Positions 63,621-64,000 of a DNA stretch of 64,000 nt are shown piece after piece. The DNA is taken from assembly GCF_008831285.2 (NCBI RefSeq), contig NC_045138.2, positions 39,370,001 through 39,434,000 of the forward strand, read 5' to 3'. Source of the stretch: Nymphaea colorata. Taxonomy: Eukaryota. Under the pieces are notes generated by a model that was not told the DNA's origin, did not search any database, and saw only the letters and a program-made list of their open reading frames with translations. The translations under genes were made by a program, and so were the position numbers. Numbering within the stretch: position 1 is the first letter of the stretch; each line of letters starts with the position of its first letter.

Positions 63621-64000
63621 TGCTTACTGAGCCTCACACAAGATGCCATTGTCAAACCAGAAGATAAAACAACAAAGACGAGGAAAAGGACGATCAATTT
63701 GGATCTACGTGCCTCCTTCTGCATCTTCACCAACTGTTTTAACCGAGGTGAACAGTACAACGCTTTGTCATTGTGGGGGCAGTTTGCCAGATCATTTTTT
63801 GCTGGTCGGATGGTTAATAATTTTTAATCTGTCGTACTTACTGTGCTCTCACAGGGCTACGAATTACTGGAAAGAATAGAGAAGGCGAAACTGAAAGCCA
63901 ACAAATACCAGAAGACTGTTGAGATTCAACAAGGTCCAATGAAAGGGAACAACTAGAAATCTGTGAAGACGGAGAAATTAAGATCGACAGAAGATTAACC

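Overview
Eukaryotic nuclear DNA from a flowering plant: spliceosomal introns, AT-rich intergenic DNA, many GA/TA microsatellites and MITEs. The species cannot be determined from the sequence alone. Five intact multi-exon genes were reconstructed by hand with consistent splice phases: plastid sigma factor SIG5/SIGE (-, 15-4068, 519 aa), a group III WRKY transcription factor (+, 13954-15924, 350 aa), a DUF3593-type membrane protein with an 18-nt microexon (-, 20746-23118, 182 aa), nucleoporin SEH1 with a GC-AG intron (-, 24654-34203, 326 aa) and the stomatal bHLH SPEECHLESS (-, 36596-39102, 357 aa). The last ~25 kb contains no recognisable gene. It holds MITEs, local duplications and two weak candidates for small secreted-peptide coding fragments, one with a CLE-like dodecapeptide. 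I see no convincing novel multi-gene system. The best leads are a perfect 105-bp duplication of a SEH1 exon end plus splice donor, the candidate peptide fragments at 57.2 kb and 63.7 kb, and a young hAT-type element with GC-rich cargo. Most ORFs in the supplied track are spurious.
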